A stretch of DNA of 64,000 nt, taken from NCBI GenBank assembly GCA_964512315.1, contig CAZEIK010000004.1:8198-72197 (forward strand). Direction: 5' to 3'. Below, in pieces: positions 31,441-41,485 of this stretch (the stretch's first letter is position 1; every line of letters starts with the position of its first letter). The DNA comes from an uncultured Candidatus Saccharibacteria bacterium. Its GTDB lineage: Bacteria > Patescibacteriota > Minisyncoccia > Phycocordibacterales > UBA5272. The notes under the pieces are model-generated. The model saw only the letters and a program-made list of their open reading frames with translations. It searched no databases and was not told where the DNA came from. The translations under genes were made by a program, and so were the position numbers.

Positions 31441-32169
31441 CTAATAAATAGGTGTGGTTGGGCAGCGTGTCTGAAGGACTCTTATCTCACCAGTAGACCT
31501 TACAACTATAGACCTTTGTTGGCTTGTAGTTGCTAGTCCTGGCTGAGTGAATTCTAAGCATACGTTGCTGTGAGGATTTTTATATTTTGTTCTGAAGTCA
31601 TTAATAAAAGTGTTACTAGTGATTCTTGCGTCAAGCTTCGGTCTATTGAATACAATCTCTACATCTTTCCAGCCACTTGCCCCACAGGCAAAACCTAAAA
31701 CTTCTCTACCTGGGTCATAAACATCGTAACTTGGATACTCTTCATATGTCTCGTAACCGTAACATATGTCAGTCAACATAATGCCATTAAGAAAAGTTTT
31801 AGATGTTGTCGCCTCAACAGACGGACCATCCCAAACATAATTAGATGTTCCTATGCCAGAAATAGTAGAAGACGAGTCAATTTTGTCTTGGAATAAATAG
31901 TAATTATAAGGTGCGTTATTGCTTAAGTACACACCGTCCCCTTTTGCAGTGCTGCCACCACGGGACGCTCCGTATATTTGTATCTCTTTTAGCTGTGCTG
32001 CGAAGTCACTAACTCCCGTACTAAAACTAACGAACTTATTAGTAGATGGATATGTTCCATACATAGTGGTAGCTAGTATTGAAATAATAGCCATCGATAT
32101 CATCATCTCAATCACAGTAAAGCCTCTATCTAAGACTAACTTTAATTTTTTATTAATAGAGAATTTCAT
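31441..32169 (-). CDS. Minor pilin, FimT/FimU-like
   Basis: RG|FTVIEMM prepilin motif; C-terminal I.V..TG.I. Confidence 0.78.
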   Translation of the reverse strand: MKFSINKKLKLVLDRGFTVIEMMISMAIISILATTMYGTYPSTNKFVSFSTGVSDFAAQLKEIQIYGASRGGSTAKGDGVYLSNNAPYNYYLFQDKIDSSSTISGIGTSNYVWDGPSVEATTSKTFLNGIMLTDICYGYETYEEYPSYDVYDPGREVLGFACGASGWKDVEIVFNRPKLDARITSNTFINDFRTKYKNPHSNVCLEFTQPGLATTSQQRSIVVRSTGEIRVLQTRCPTTPIY

Positions 32170-32932
32170 ACAAATTGAGTATATCAGTTTGAGTGTACCA
32201 CACTAACAAGCTCGCAATGATAATAAACGGTGTAAAAGGTATCTCTGACTTCATGCCGTACTTGTTGCTGTGGAATATCATCAGAAGTATCGCTACAAAT
32301 GCCCCAAGCCACACAGAATACAAGAACATAGTTAAGCCAAATGGTAAGCCAAGTATGAATCCATAAGCCGCGTAAACTAATATATCCCCCAATCCTAACC
32401 ATTTACCTTTTGAAATAACATAAAGTATTGAGAATGGCGCAGCAACAATAAATCCTGACAATATATCATAAGAACTAAACCCGTACATGTGTACTCTAAG
32501 ACCAGTAAGGATAATACCTAAGACACCCAGAATTGAAACTATCTCAACCGGAACAATTGTATGCCTTATATCGTAGATAACTATGACAACGGACATACAT
32601 ATAACAAAAGATGCTACTAAAAATATAATTAATTGTGTATTAAATGCATAAGGTAAAGATAATGATGTAACTAAAGCGAGAGCAACAAGGATTCCTGTTG
32701 CAATCTCAGACAATAGATACATTGGTGAGAGCTTTGAACCACACTTCTTACACCTACCCCTCTGAATTAAATATGACAATATGGGAAAAAGCTCCCCCGG
32801 GTAGAGCTTTTTTCCGCATGACATACATTCACTTCTCCCTGTCCATACGGATTTGATCCGTAACCTGTCAGCTACTAGGTTCGCGAAACTTCCTAATGCT
32901 GCTCCAAAGATGAAAGCAAATAATATATTCAC
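32153..32932 (-). CDS. pilD: Prepilin peptidase (A24A)
   Basis: GSF, RSECMSC and GRCKKC Zn motifs, catalytic YD and GLGD, IPFTPF. Confidence 0.93.
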   Translation of the reverse strand: MNILFAFIFGAALGSFANLVADRLRIKSVWTGRSECMSCGKKLYPGELFPILSYLIQRGRCKKCGSKLSPMYLLSEIATGILVALALVTSLSLPYAFNTQLIIFLVASFVICMSVVIVIYDIRHTIVPVEIVSILGVLGIILTGLRVHMYGFSSYDILSGFIVAAPFSILYVISKGKWLGLGDILVYAAYGFILGLPFGLTMFLYSVWLGAFVAILLMIFHSNKYGMKSEIPFTPFIIIASLLVWYTQTDILNLYEILY

Positions 32933-32939
32933 GTAATTA

Positions 32940-33557
32940 TTATGGTGTTATATCGAAGATACATGTACCAAATGCTCCTGTACATGTTTCATTCGTACCA
33001 ACTGGAAGACTTGTAGTACCAGAAACTGTATACCCTGACACAACAAATGGTGTCGTTCCTAGTATTGTCTGTGCTGTAGTTGGCGTGATGTCTATATCAG
33101 CAGAAAGAGCTGAGTTAGACTGCTCAAGATTTGTCCACAATGCATAGCTTTGACAAAGTCCACCACTTGATGGCATTTGACAACCTAGGCCAACATAGTT
33201 ATATGTACTAGATCCAGTGGAAAGCGAGTTCATGAATACTCCAGCTGGTAAACGAGTATCTATACCTGACAACAATATTGCACAGAAAGAAGTTGTCGAG
33301 TAGGTTGGAGCTGTACATCCTGATGCAGATGTCGGCATAGTACCAGTTGCTGGATACAAACCATTATTATTCTGTGCCCACTGCAACAATTCTTTTTGTA
33401 ACCCGTTCAACTCTGCTACTTTTCTTCCATCTCTAGAACGAGCAAGTGCTGTTGTAAAGCTTGGAATTATAATAACAGATAGAACGCCAATAATAGCAAT
33501 CACTACGATAAGCTCAAGAAGTGTGAAGCCACGTAATGAAGTTTTGTTTTTAATCAT
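32940..33557 (-). CDS. Type IV pilin (major pilin candidate 2)
   Basis: RG|FTLLELIVVIAIIGVLS; Cys pairs in the C-terminal domain. Confidence 0.9.
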   Translation of the reverse strand: MIKNKTSLRGFTLLELIVVIAIIGVLSVIIIPSFTTALARSRDGRKVAELNGLQKELLQWAQNNNGLYPATGTMPTSASGCTAPTYSTTSFCAILLSGIDTRLPAGVFMNSLSTGSSTYNYVGLGCQMPSSGGLCQSYALWTNLEQSNSALSADIDITPTTAQTILGTTPFVVSGYTVSGTTSLPVGTNETCTGAFGTCIFDITP

Positions 33558-33633
33558 ACTTTTAATTATAAATTTATAATCTTTCGATTACTAATAACAA
33601 GTATACTCACAAAATAAAAAAATTAATTAACTG

Positions 33634-33652
33634 TTATACACACATATACACA
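33634..33652. promoter_or_regulatory. Tandem DnaA-box-like sites upstream of pilin 2
   Basis: TTATACACA (33634-33642, fits TTATNCACA) and ATATACACA (33644-33652). Confidence 0.4.
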
Positions 33653-33663
33653 CAAAATTTATT

Positions 33664-34260
33664 TTATGGGGCTAAGTTAAAAATACAAGTATTAGTTACG
33701 CCAGTACATGTCTCTATGTCACCATTAGCCATGTTAGCAGTAACTGGGAGTATCATACCTGCTGCTGACCAGTCGACTCCACGCCAAGAAGTTGTCGCAG
33801 TACCTGATGCGTCACTGTCTGAAGAGAGCGCCGAATTACTTTTCTCCAAATCAACCCACAACTGATAAGACTGACACAGCCCACCAGAAAAACATGCAAC
33901 ACCCACATAGTTGTAAAGAGGCCCCGTCCCTCCAGATGCTGTTCCATTAAATGCGCCGTCTGGTAACTTGCTCACTATGTTTGAACTTACTAACGCACAG
34001 AGAGATGTTGAAGTCGAGCAGCCCGCAGACTTAGTTGGAACTGTACCAGTTGCTGGATAGCGACCGTTATTATTCTGCGCCCACTGAGAAAGTCCTTTAT
34101 GTAGACCAGTAAGTTCGGCAATTTTTCTTCCATCTCTAGAACGAGCAAGTGCTGTTGCAAAACTTGGAATTATGATAACAGATAGAACACCGATAATAGC
34201 AATCACTACGATGAGCTCGAGGAGTGTGAAGCCTTTTGATTTTACTTTTTTATTATTCAT
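33664..34260 (-). CDS. Type IV pilin (major pilin candidate 1)
   Basis: KG|FTLLELIVVIAIIGVLS; paralogue of 32940..33557. Confidence 0.9.
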   Translation of the reverse strand: MNNKKVKSKGFTLLELIVVIAIIGVLSVIIIPSFATALARSRDGRKIAELTGLHKGLSQWAQNNNGRYPATGTVPTKSAGCSTSTSLCALVSSNIVSKLPDGAFNGTASGGTGPLYNYVGVACFSGGLCQSYQLWVDLEKSNSALSSDSDASGTATTSWRGVDWSAAGMILPVTANMANGDIETCTGVTNTCIFNLAP

Positions 34261-34324
34261 AGAAAAAATATATGGCTTTTAGATACGATTAATTATAATC
34301 CTCAAAAGTTTTTATATTTAAAAC

Positions 34325-34333
34325 TTATCCACA
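34325..34333 (+). promoter_or_regulatory. Consensus DnaA box upstream of pilin 1
   Basis: TTATCCACA in the pilC-pilin intergenic region. Confidence 0.45.
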
Positions 34334-34338
34334 AAAAA

Positions 34339-35547
34339 TTATTGTATAGATGTAGTTAAGTTGTACATCGGCATCAATACTGAAGCAACAAGAACTCCTA
34401 CACCCAATCCCATTACCACAATCATCACCGGCTCAAGTAACGCCAAGGTGCTCTCTATTGTCTGCTCCAACTCTCTCTTATAGAATTGTGACAGATTTTT
34501 AAGCATGTAGCCTAGCTCACCCGTCTCTTCTCCTATGCGTGTCATCTGAACCATAACTGTTGGTATTAGAGGCTCTTCACTGAATGCAGCAGATAATAAT
34601 TTACCTTGTCTTACTTTACTCTCGACTCTTTCTAGCATTTTTCTAAATACATAATTATCTACAACTTCACTTGTAATCTGTAACGCTTGGACTATAGGTA
34701 CACCTGAGGCGAGCATTGTCTCAATGTTATCCGCCATACGAGAAAGGTATAACTTTTTATACAGCTGATTCAAAGCTGGCACTCTAAGTTTGAAGTTGTC
34801 GAAATATGCTTGACCGTTAGGTGTCTTAATATAAGTCACTAAGTAGTAACCAAGTAACGCCAAGCCTGGTAATATCATCCACCAGTAACCCAAAACGAAA
34901 TGACTAAAATCAACTATGAATTGTGTGTAAGTTGGCAATGTCTGACCTTGCTGAGTTAACAGTTCAGCTAATTTTGGTAATACAAAAATAGACATTATTA
35001 ACATTACTACTATAAAAGTAAAAATAACAAATGTTGGATACGTTAAAGCTTTCTTTGTCTTTTGAATAAGCTGGTAGTTACGATCTAAATAATCAGCTAG
35101 GTATTCTAATACTTCACGCAACTTACCAGACTCTTCTCCGGCATGCACCATCGATACATAAAAATTATTAAATATGTCAGGATGTCTTGCTAAAGCTTTA
35201 TACACTGGTATACCAGACTGTATATCGTCAGCAATAATTGTAAACCTTTTGCCTAGGGCCTTAGAAGGGCTCTCTGAAGCCATCAACCTGAAAGTTCTTA
35301 AAGCTTGTATTCCACCTGATATAAGTGTAGCTAACTGCTTTGAAGCTATTACAACATCTTTCTCAGTTATTCTCTCTGTTAATTTTTCTAACCAGGTAGA
35401 AGAAAATTCTGATTGAGACTCCTCAACTGAAACTATAATATTACCTTCACCTTGAAGTTTGGAAATAAGATCATCTTTAGAAGCGCTATCCATCACGCCT
35501 TCTATCATCTGAGAATTACTATTAAAGACTTTGTATTTAAACTTCAT
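34339..35547 (-). CDS. pilC: Type IV pilus platform protein (PilC/GspF)
   Basis: Two GspF domains: QLATLI, GEESGKL, YP.F, GEETGEL, LLEP. Confidence 0.95.
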   Translation of the reverse strand: MKFKYKVFNSNSQMIEGVMDSASKDDLISKLQGEGNIIVSVEESQSEFSSTWLEKLTERITEKDVVIASKQLATLISGGIQALRTFRLMASESPSKALGKRFTIIADDIQSGIPVYKALARHPDIFNNFYVSMVHAGEESGKLREVLEYLADYLDRNYQLIQKTKKALTYPTFVIFTFIVVMLIMSIFVLPKLAELLTQQGQTLPTYTQFIVDFSHFVLGYWWMILPGLALLGYYLVTYIKTPNGQAYFDNFKLRVPALNQLYKKLYLSRMADNIETMLASGVPIVQALQITSEVVDNYVFRKMLERVESKVRQGKLLSAAFSEEPLIPTVMVQMTRIGEETGELGYMLKNLSQFYKRELEQTIESTLALLEPVMIVVMGLGVGVLVASVLMPMYNLTTSIQ

Positions 35548-35548
35548 G

Positions 35549-36607
35549 TTATATCATCTCTCCAAAAACTTTTGGATTTTTAGCTAATCTCATAGCAGAC
35601 TCTAATGTTATGTCGCCTCTTCTGACCAGATCAGAAAGACATGTATCAAAATTAATCATGCCATTTTCTGAGCCAGTCTCTATAACTGTATCTATTTCGA
35701 AAGTTCTCTTCTCTCTTATTAGGTTCTGTACTGCAGGTGTGGCAACTAGTAGCTCATAAGCCGGAACAAGGCCTCCACCTATTTTAGGTATCAAGCGTTG
35801 TGAGAATATACCCAGGAGAGATGCCGCAAGTTGACTTCTAATCTGACCCTGTTGCTCCGCTGGGAAGCTGTCGATAATACGATCAATTGTCTGGCTTGCT
35901 GAGTTAGTGTGCAAAGTTGAGAATACCAAGTGTCCAGTCTCAGCAGCAGTCACTGCCGCTCTCATTGTTTCTGTGTTACGCATTTCACCAATTAATAACA
36001 CGTCCAAGTCTTGTCTAAATGCAGCATGTAGGCCTGACTCAAAATCTATCGCATCGAAACCAACTTCACGTTGCATAATGTAACTATTCTTAGATTCATA
36101 TATATATTCTATCGGGTCTTCTATTGTTACAATCATTTTTCTGTCTTTCTGATTAATGTCATCAATCATTGCAGCAAGAGTTGTCGTCTTACCTTGACCT
36201 ACAGGACCTACAACTAAAAAGAAACCTTGCTTTCTGTGCGCAAAATTAAGTAACACCTCTGGCAAGTTAAGCTCTGGCAATGACTTAATTTTTGTTATAA
36301 GTCTCATCACTACCGCAATACTACCCTTCTGGAAAAAAGCATTACCACGAAGGCGGTACTCGCCACGATGAGTGTAAGCAAAGTCTAACTGTTGATTATG
36401 AATCAAAAGTTCATACTGTGTGTCATTAATCATCTCACGCAAGCAGCCAAGTGTGTCAGTCGGATCTAGAACTTTCAATTTTGTAAGAGGCAACACTTCA
36501 CCGTGCACCCTAATAGCTGGATATACACCACTCATAAGGTGTATATCTGAGCCAGATTCTTTGACTAGGGTCATTATTATAGTATCGAGTAATTGAGCGC
36601 TATCCAT
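35549..36607 (-). CDS. pilT: Type IV pilus retraction ATPase
   Basis: GPVGQGKTTTL, TIEDPIEY, QREVG, GEMR, AETGHLVFSTLHT, VQNLIRE. Confidence 0.93.
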   Translation of the reverse strand: MDSAQLLDTIIMTLVKESGSDIHLMSGVYPAIRVHGEVLPLTKLKVLDPTDTLGCLREMINDTQYELLIHNQQLDFAYTHRGEYRLRGNAFFQKGSIAVVMRLITKIKSLPELNLPEVLLNFAHRKQGFFLVVGPVGQGKTTTLAAMIDDINQKDRKMIVTIEDPIEYIYESKNSYIMQREVGFDAIDFESGLHAAFRQDLDVLLIGEMRNTETMRAAVTAAETGHLVFSTLHTNSASQTIDRIIDSFPAEQQGQIRSQLAASLLGIFSQRLIPKIGGGLVPAYELLVATPAVQNLIREKRTFEIDTVIETGSENGMINFDTCLSDLVRRGDITLESAMRLAKNPKVFGEMI

Positions 36608-36634
36608 TCAAAGAGTATATAACGCCCTAGGCAG

Positions 36635-38389
36635 TTAAAGTGAAGTGATTTCCACAAATGGAATCTTACCGTCCATACACTTCAGAACAGCATCTTGCTG
36701 TATAGAGACAGCTCCACGATTCGCAGCCAAGGCCCAGATCTCTTCGTCAGTCTTTCCATCCAGAATAGCCCTCTGGACATCGTCTTCTATATAGAGAGTC
36801 TCCACAACCGGCATGCGCCCTTTAAGACCCGTTGGACTCATCGGTGAAGGTATCGCTTCATGTAAAGGTCTGTCTAAATTCAAATCTTTTTTAAACTGTT
36901 CTGGATAATCTTTAAAGATCTCATCTACTAATGCCTTCTTTCCAGAGTCCATTTCAATAGGACTCTCAGAAGAGGGGCTTATCTTTCTAACCAGACGCTG
37001 AGCTACCGCAAGACACAATGTTGGCGATATAAGATAAGGGTCAACACCCATATCTTTTAAACGAGACACTACACCAGACGCATTGTTAGTGTGTATAGTA
37101 GAAAATACCAAGTGCCCCGTAAGCGCGGCCTGTATTGCAAGTTGAGCTGTCTCGGCGTCACGAATCTCTCCAACCATTATAACGTCTGGGTCCTGACGCA
37201 ATATAGAGCGAAGACCTGTTGCAAAAGTGTAACCTATCTCAGGAAAGATTTGGGATTGGGTCACATCACCAAGATTATACTCAACTGGATCTTCTAGAGA
37301 CACAACATTTCTAGTCTTTCTATCCAGCTCATTAAGCATCGAGTATAGCGTCGTTGTTTTACCTGATCCTGTTGGTCCTGAGATTAGTATCATTCCATAA
37401 GGTCTCTCTAGTGCGCGGCGTATGTCTTTGAGATGAGCCTCAGAGAAACCTATTTCATTAAGTGGCTTGACCCCTCTAAAGCTGTCCAAAATACGTATCA
37501 CCACCTTCTCACCATAATATGCCGGCATAACCGATACGCGGAAGTCGACTTTGTGGCTGTCCAACTTAGTAGAAAAACGTCCGTCTTGTGGCTTACGTTT
37601 CTCATCTAATCTCATATTGGCAAGAATTTTAAACCTAGCGACTATGGTCTGCTCTACATATGCCGGGAAACTTATAACCTCTTGCAACTCTCCGTCTATA
37701 CGCATACGCACACGAAGTGTGGATTCTCCTGGTTCAACGTGAATATCAGAAGCAGACTCGTCTATTGCATGCCTTATGAGAGTGTTAACTATTACTCCCA
37801 CTGACTCGTTCTTTAGTTCCGGCGTAATCTCTCCAGATACAGATGTTAAGTCTAGATGCTCCTCTTCATCCGCTGGACCATCAGAATCTTTTGTAACCTG
37901 CTCCAACAAGAGACTTGGCGCCTTCAGATTAATAGACTGATCTCCGACTTGAACCTTTTGAGAATCAATATAACTCTCAAGACCTTTTTGATACTGCTCA
38001 TAACTAATAACAACTAATCTATATCTTATATTTTTTGTCGTAAAAGTATTCTGCAATATATCTAACGCGTCAGGCATCTCAGGGTCAACTATACCGACTA
38101 AAATATGATCTCTTTTTTGAACTGTCTCTATGGGGATTGAATGAGTACGCCTAACTATCTCTTCAGGCAATAATGCTGCAGCTTCTGGGTCTACAAAAAT
38201 ATCTTTCTCATAAGTAGACAACCCATACATCTCAGCTCTTTTGGCTCGCAAAATATTCTGATCGACACCACGCAACGCTAAGGCCTCGTCTATTGTAGAA
38301 GTCTCACCATTAGTAAAAGACAGCTCCGCATCACGAGCAACCAAATCATTAATTATTCCAGCTCGTACTAATTCATTAATGATCAGCAT
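36635..38389 (-). CDS. pilB: Type IV pilus assembly ATPase (PilB/GspE)
   Basis: ASDIHVEP, PQDGR, GPTGSGKTTTLY, LRQDPD, GEIRD, TGHLVFSTIH. Confidence 0.95.
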   Translation of the reverse strand: MLIINELVRAGIINDLVARDAELSFTNGETSTIDEALALRGVDQNILRAKRAEMYGLSTYEKDIFVDPEAAALLPEEIVRRTHSIPIETVQKRDHILVGIVDPEMPDALDILQNTFTTKNIRYRLVVISYEQYQKGLESYIDSQKVQVGDQSINLKAPSLLLEQVTKDSDGPADEEEHLDLTSVSGEITPELKNESVGVIVNTLIRHAIDESASDIHVEPGESTLRVRMRIDGELQEVISFPAYVEQTIVARFKILANMRLDEKRKPQDGRFSTKLDSHKVDFRVSVMPAYYGEKVVIRILDSFRGVKPLNEIGFSEAHLKDIRRALERPYGMILISGPTGSGKTTTLYSMLNELDRKTRNVVSLEDPVEYNLGDVTQSQIFPEIGYTFATGLRSILRQDPDVIMVGEIRDAETAQLAIQAALTGHLVFSTIHTNNASGVVSRLKDMGVDPYLISPTLCLAVAQRLVRKISPSSESPIEMDSGKKALVDEIFKDYPEQFKKDLNLDRPLHEAIPSPMSPTGLKGRMPVVETLYIEDDVQRAILDGKTDEEIWALAANRGAVSIQQDAVLKCMDGKIPFVEITSL

Positions 38390-38401
38390 ATATTCAGTTT
38401 A

Positions 38402-38728
38402 CTACGGAGCAAAAGGATTTTCTCTTCTTGAATCCCCTACAGGGCAAACATCGTTAGTGCCACAAACTATAACCTTAGTAGAAGACATACTTCTTATATT
38501 CTTTATAAAGTTCTCTATATCTACACCAGAGAATGAAATATTATTATCTTTAAACTGAGTAACTGTTCCAAAAAACGTCCCTTGCAAAGCAGCCGGCTTA
38601 ACTGGTGTATCGTCATTATATTGAACATACACAGCATAACCAATCAAAGTCAAAACTATTATTAATACACCTCCAGATATAACAAGTCTTACATTATTTA
38701 AAAAATTTAAATTTAAATTATTGTTCAT
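38402..38728 (-). CDS. Small membrane protein at PilP-equivalent position
   Basis: TM helix and C-terminal RENPF (R.NPF); follows pilO. Confidence 0.6.
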   Translation of the reverse strand: MNNNLNLNFLNNVRLVISGGVLIIVLTLIGYAVYVQYNDDTPVKPAALQGTFFGTVTQFKDNNISFSGVDIENFIKNIRSMSSTKVIVCGTNDVCPVGDSRRENPFAP

Positions 38729-38730
38729 AG

Positions 38731-39309
38731 TTAATTCTTATATTCATAAGCGTCAAAGACTACATTAAACTTCTGTCCTTTTTCATCTTGATTTGTGGTG
38801 TCAGAGCTTTCTTTTGAAGTAAAAGACATAGAACTAATCCTGTATAATTGTAAGCTGGTCTCTAAGGACTTCAAGAAAGATTTAAATTTTACATAATCAC
38901 CCGATAAGCTTAAGTTAATTTTGTAAGCGCTAAGTTGAGACAGATTATCTGGCGAAGGGTATTTAGAATAAGTTATATCATCGAGAGATATCCCTGACTT
39001 TGCGGCCATTACAGATATATTGTTGAACAGTCTTGGTATATCTACAGAGGTTGGTATCATCTGCTCAATCTGGCTTTTTGTTTCATTGCTTATATTAGAA
39101 AAGTTCTCATTTTCAAACCCCGCTCTCTTTTGTAAGTCTTTAGCAAGAGAAAGTTCTTGCTGTTTCTGATCTAACTCTTTTTTGATTTGTAATACAGAAT
39201 CAACTCCTAATACATTTTCTCCTTTTCCAGCGTATAGAGGGAAAGCTAGGAACCATAAAATAAGTCCTCCAGCTAAAAATAATCCTAAATTTATATATGT
39301 TTTGTTCAT
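38731..39309 (-). CDS. pilO: Type IV pilus alignment protein PilO-like
   Basis: TM, coiled coil, IP...D.P, G.Y..F..FL..LE..L. Confidence 0.82.
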   Translation of the reverse strand: MNKTYINLGLFLAGGLILWFLAFPLYAGKGENVLGVDSVLQIKKELDQKQQELSLAKDLQKRAGFENENFSNISNETKSQIEQMIPTSVDIPRLFNNISVMAAKSGISLDDITYSKYPSPDNLSQLSAYKINLSLSGDYVKFKSFLKSLETSLQLYRISSMSFTSKESSDTTNQDEKGQKFNVVFDAYEYKN

Positions 39310-40037
39310 AGATCTATTGAGGTTGTTGCACTGCTTTTAGTTGTACTAGTTGGCGTTGTACCGACTTTTGGTTGTGTTACAGTGTTGTTGTTTGTTGTAT
39401 TACTTGGCTGATTAGTGTTAACAATATTAGAAGTATCAACAACACCAGAAGATCTAAAGCTTGGAGTAAACTCATCCTCTTTTAGGCTGCCTGCCACGTC
39501 TATCTGTATGTCGAACATTTTATTTCCAAAAGAATCCTTGCCCAGCGAGGTCATCTGAACTGATTTAAACAATTTACCGTACTCAGTATTCTTAAGCTCA
39601 TCCATTTGCTTTGCAACTGAAGCATAATCTTGAGCAATAGCAGAGAGCGATAATCTGTGACCAACCCCTGGCTGATAGCTAAGATTGAAACTACTATAAT
39701 AAACTCCCTTTTCAACGCTATCACTGAGAGCTGAGAGTATCGTTGTTGGGTATGTGTGATTCTTCAAGAGCTTCTCTATTAATAGAACCTTATTACCAAA
39801 AGTAAGCATGTCGTTAAGCGGGTAGCCTTCTAGACTTTTTTCTATATTCATCACCTCACCTGACATCTGTGTAATTTGAGACTTCAAATATATACCATAA
39901 CCATAAGCAAGAAGGCTGCAGAATATAGACACACCAACAAAAACACAACCTAATATGAAAAATGGGTCTGTCGGCTTAGCTTCTGCTACAGGTGAAGCTG
40001 GCTTAGCTACAAATGTTGTTGTTCTTAGTGGTGGCAT
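39306..40037 (-). CDS. PilN-like protein with Thr-rich tail
   Basis: TM plus coiled coil between pilM and pilO; TGA stop overlaps pilO ATG. Confidence 0.72.
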   Translation of the reverse strand: MPPLRTTTFVAKPASPVAEAKPTDPFFILGCVFVGVSIFCSLLAYGYGIYLKSQITQMSGEVMNIEKSLEGYPLNDMLTFGNKVLLIEKLLKNHTYPTTILSALSDSVEKGVYYSSFNLSYQPGVGHRLSLSAIAQDYASVAKQMDELKNTEYGKLFKSVQMTSLGKDSFGNKMFDIQIDVAGSLKEDEFTPSFRSSGVVDTSNIVNTNQPSNTTNNNTVTQPKVGTTPTSTTKSSATTSIDL

Positions 40038-40040
40038 AAA

Positions 40041-41093
40041 TTAAATTAATCTCGACATTGCTAGGCCTATTGCATGTGAGAAGCTTGGAGAAATATCAAT
40101 CAAGTTTTGTCTTAAAGATTCTGGAACTTCAACTCTTTCAAAAGGTCTAGATACTTTTACCTCTACTCCTAACTCTTGGGCGAATAATTCTTGCAAACCT
40201 TTTGTACGGGCCCCGCCTCCTGTTAACCAGACCTCAGTACATTTTGTAGTATACCTCGTCTCAAAGCGAGAACGTATGTGTATAACTTCGTCAATTACCC
40301 TCCTAGCAGCAAATACAGCCACATCTCGGAGTAGCGGCATATTGTTAGAACCTAGAATGCCGAACTCTTTTTTAGTTAACTCCGCTTCCGCAAAAGTCAT
40401 ACCCATAGACTCACGAATATGCTCAGTAATACTGTACACACCTTTCATTGTACTTTCTGCGCCATACAAGACACCCTCGTATACAAAAGCCACACTTGTT
40501 AATGTTGCACCAAGGTCTATGATCAGTGTTGGATTATTCTTATCTATTGGTGTCGCGCGTAATGTGCCGAATATGCCCGGCTCAATAGTAACCTCAGCCT
40601 CTGGGACCAAGTTGTCGACCACTCTGTGCATCATCTCTACCGCTGACTGCTTAGCAGCAAGAACTAATACATTAATAGTGTCGTCTTTCTGATGTGGATG
40701 TGGTGGCAGCTTCTCATAAGATACAGACAAGTCAGCATAAGGCACATTCATATATCTACGAACCTCTATCGGCACAACTGTATCCAGTATTTCTTCTGCA
40801 GCTCGCGGCACTGTTATATGCAGTAATTGGCACGCACTCATAGGGAGGCCTACTGTAATGTTTTTAGATATTGCTTTGGAAGCTTTGTATATGTCAGTAA
40901 CTGCGAATTTTAATTTGTCCTCACCGAGCTTGGTTATCTCACCCGACTCACGTCCTCCATAGGTACCTACCATCTCTTCTGCATAAGTACCCAACTCTAG
41001 GACATTACCTTTTTTATATAACTCTACAAGCTTGATACCTGTGTCACCAATATCCAAGCCTACATTCATATTGGATTGTGTATCGAATAGCAT
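40041..41093 (-). CDS. pilM: Type IV pilus assembly protein PilM
   Basis: VGLDIG...IK.VE, IIDLGA, LTGGGA...GL, AIGLAM (actin-like fold). Confidence 0.92.
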   Translation of the reverse strand: MLFDTQSNMNVGLDIGDTGIKLVELYKKGNVLELGTYAEEMVGTYGGRESGEITKLGEDKLKFAVTDIYKASKAISKNITVGLPMSACQLLHITVPRAAEEILDTVVPIEVRRYMNVPYADLSVSYEKLPPHPHQKDDTINVLVLAAKQSAVEMMHRVVDNLVPEAEVTIEPGIFGTLRATPIDKNNPTLIIDLGATLTSVAFVYEGVLYGAESTMKGVYSITEHIRESMGMTFAEAELTKKEFGILGSNNMPLLRDVAVFAARRVIDEVIHIRSRFETRYTTKCTEVWLTGGGARTKGLQELFAQELGVEVKVSRPFERVEVPESLRQNLIDISPSFSHAIGLAMSRLI

Positions 41094-41109
41094 CTTGGTT
41101 TTAAGTATA

Positions 41110-41140
41110 CAAAACCCTCGCGTGGGATGCGAGGGTTTTG
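41110..41140. terminator. Intrinsic terminator after histone-like gene
   Basis: CAAAACCCTCGC-GTGGGAT-GCGAGGGTTTTG. Confidence 0.8.
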
Positions 41141-41160
41141 TCTTCCGAAGATGTTGAGAA

Positions 41161-41307
41161 CTATTTTCTCTTTGCAGTCTTCTTAGCAGCTTTTTTAGCT
41201 ACTTTCTTAACTGCTTTCTTCACAGCTTTCTTAGCAACTTTCTTAACAGCTTTTTTAACTGCTTTCTTAGCTACTTTTTTAACTGCTTTCTTTTTTGTTA
41301 CTGCCAT
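41161..41307 (-). CDS. Histone H1-like Lys/Ala-rich small basic protein, 48 aa (not in ORF track)
   Basis: MAVTKKKAVKKVAKKAVKKAVKKVAKKAVKKAVKKVAKKAAKKTAKRK*; synonymous codon variation across repeats shows protein-level selection; followed by a terminator. Confidence 0.88.
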   Translation of the reverse strand: MAVTKKKAVKKVAKKAVKKAVKKVAKKAVKKAVKKVAKKAAKKTAKRK

Positions 41308-41425
41308 AGTATATGTAATGTAAAACTTGCGAGAGTGCTAGCATTGATTTGACCATGATCACTCACTCTCAATCATAAGTATCACATGCAAAAAATTTTT
41401 GTGTTACTACTTTTTTAATTTTAAT

Positions 41426-41434
41426 TGTGGATAA
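41426..41434 (-). promoter_or_regulatory. Consensus DnaA box upstream of histone-like gene
   Basis: TGTGGATAA, reverse complement of TTATCCACA. Confidence 0.45.
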
Positions 41435-41457
41435 CTCAAAATTTTTAAATTTGATAC

Positions 41458-41484
41458 AAATGCAAGCGCTTCGCACTTGCATTT
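41458..41484. terminator. Intrinsic terminator after 654-aa gene
   Basis: AAATGCAAGCGC-TTC-GCACTTGCATTT hairpin (one G:U on the minus strand). Confidence 0.7.
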
Positions 41485-41485
41485 A

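Noticed and set aside
32940-34260. Diversity-generating retroelement acting on pilins
   Set aside because: No reverse transcriptase in the window, and paralogue differences are not adenine-specific.
33600-34340. Replication origin suggested by DnaA boxes
   Set aside because: Boxes are isolated, with no dnaA/dnaN nearby and no change in gene strand bias.
39306-39309. Genetic code 25 (TGA as Gly)
   Set aside because: Conserved genes are intact under code 11, and TGA ends the pilN-like gene in an ATGA overlap with pilO.
41138-41323. 61-aa plus-strand ORF with FLTA repeats
   Set aside because: Antisense shadow of the Lys/Ala-rich histone-like gene at 41161..41307.
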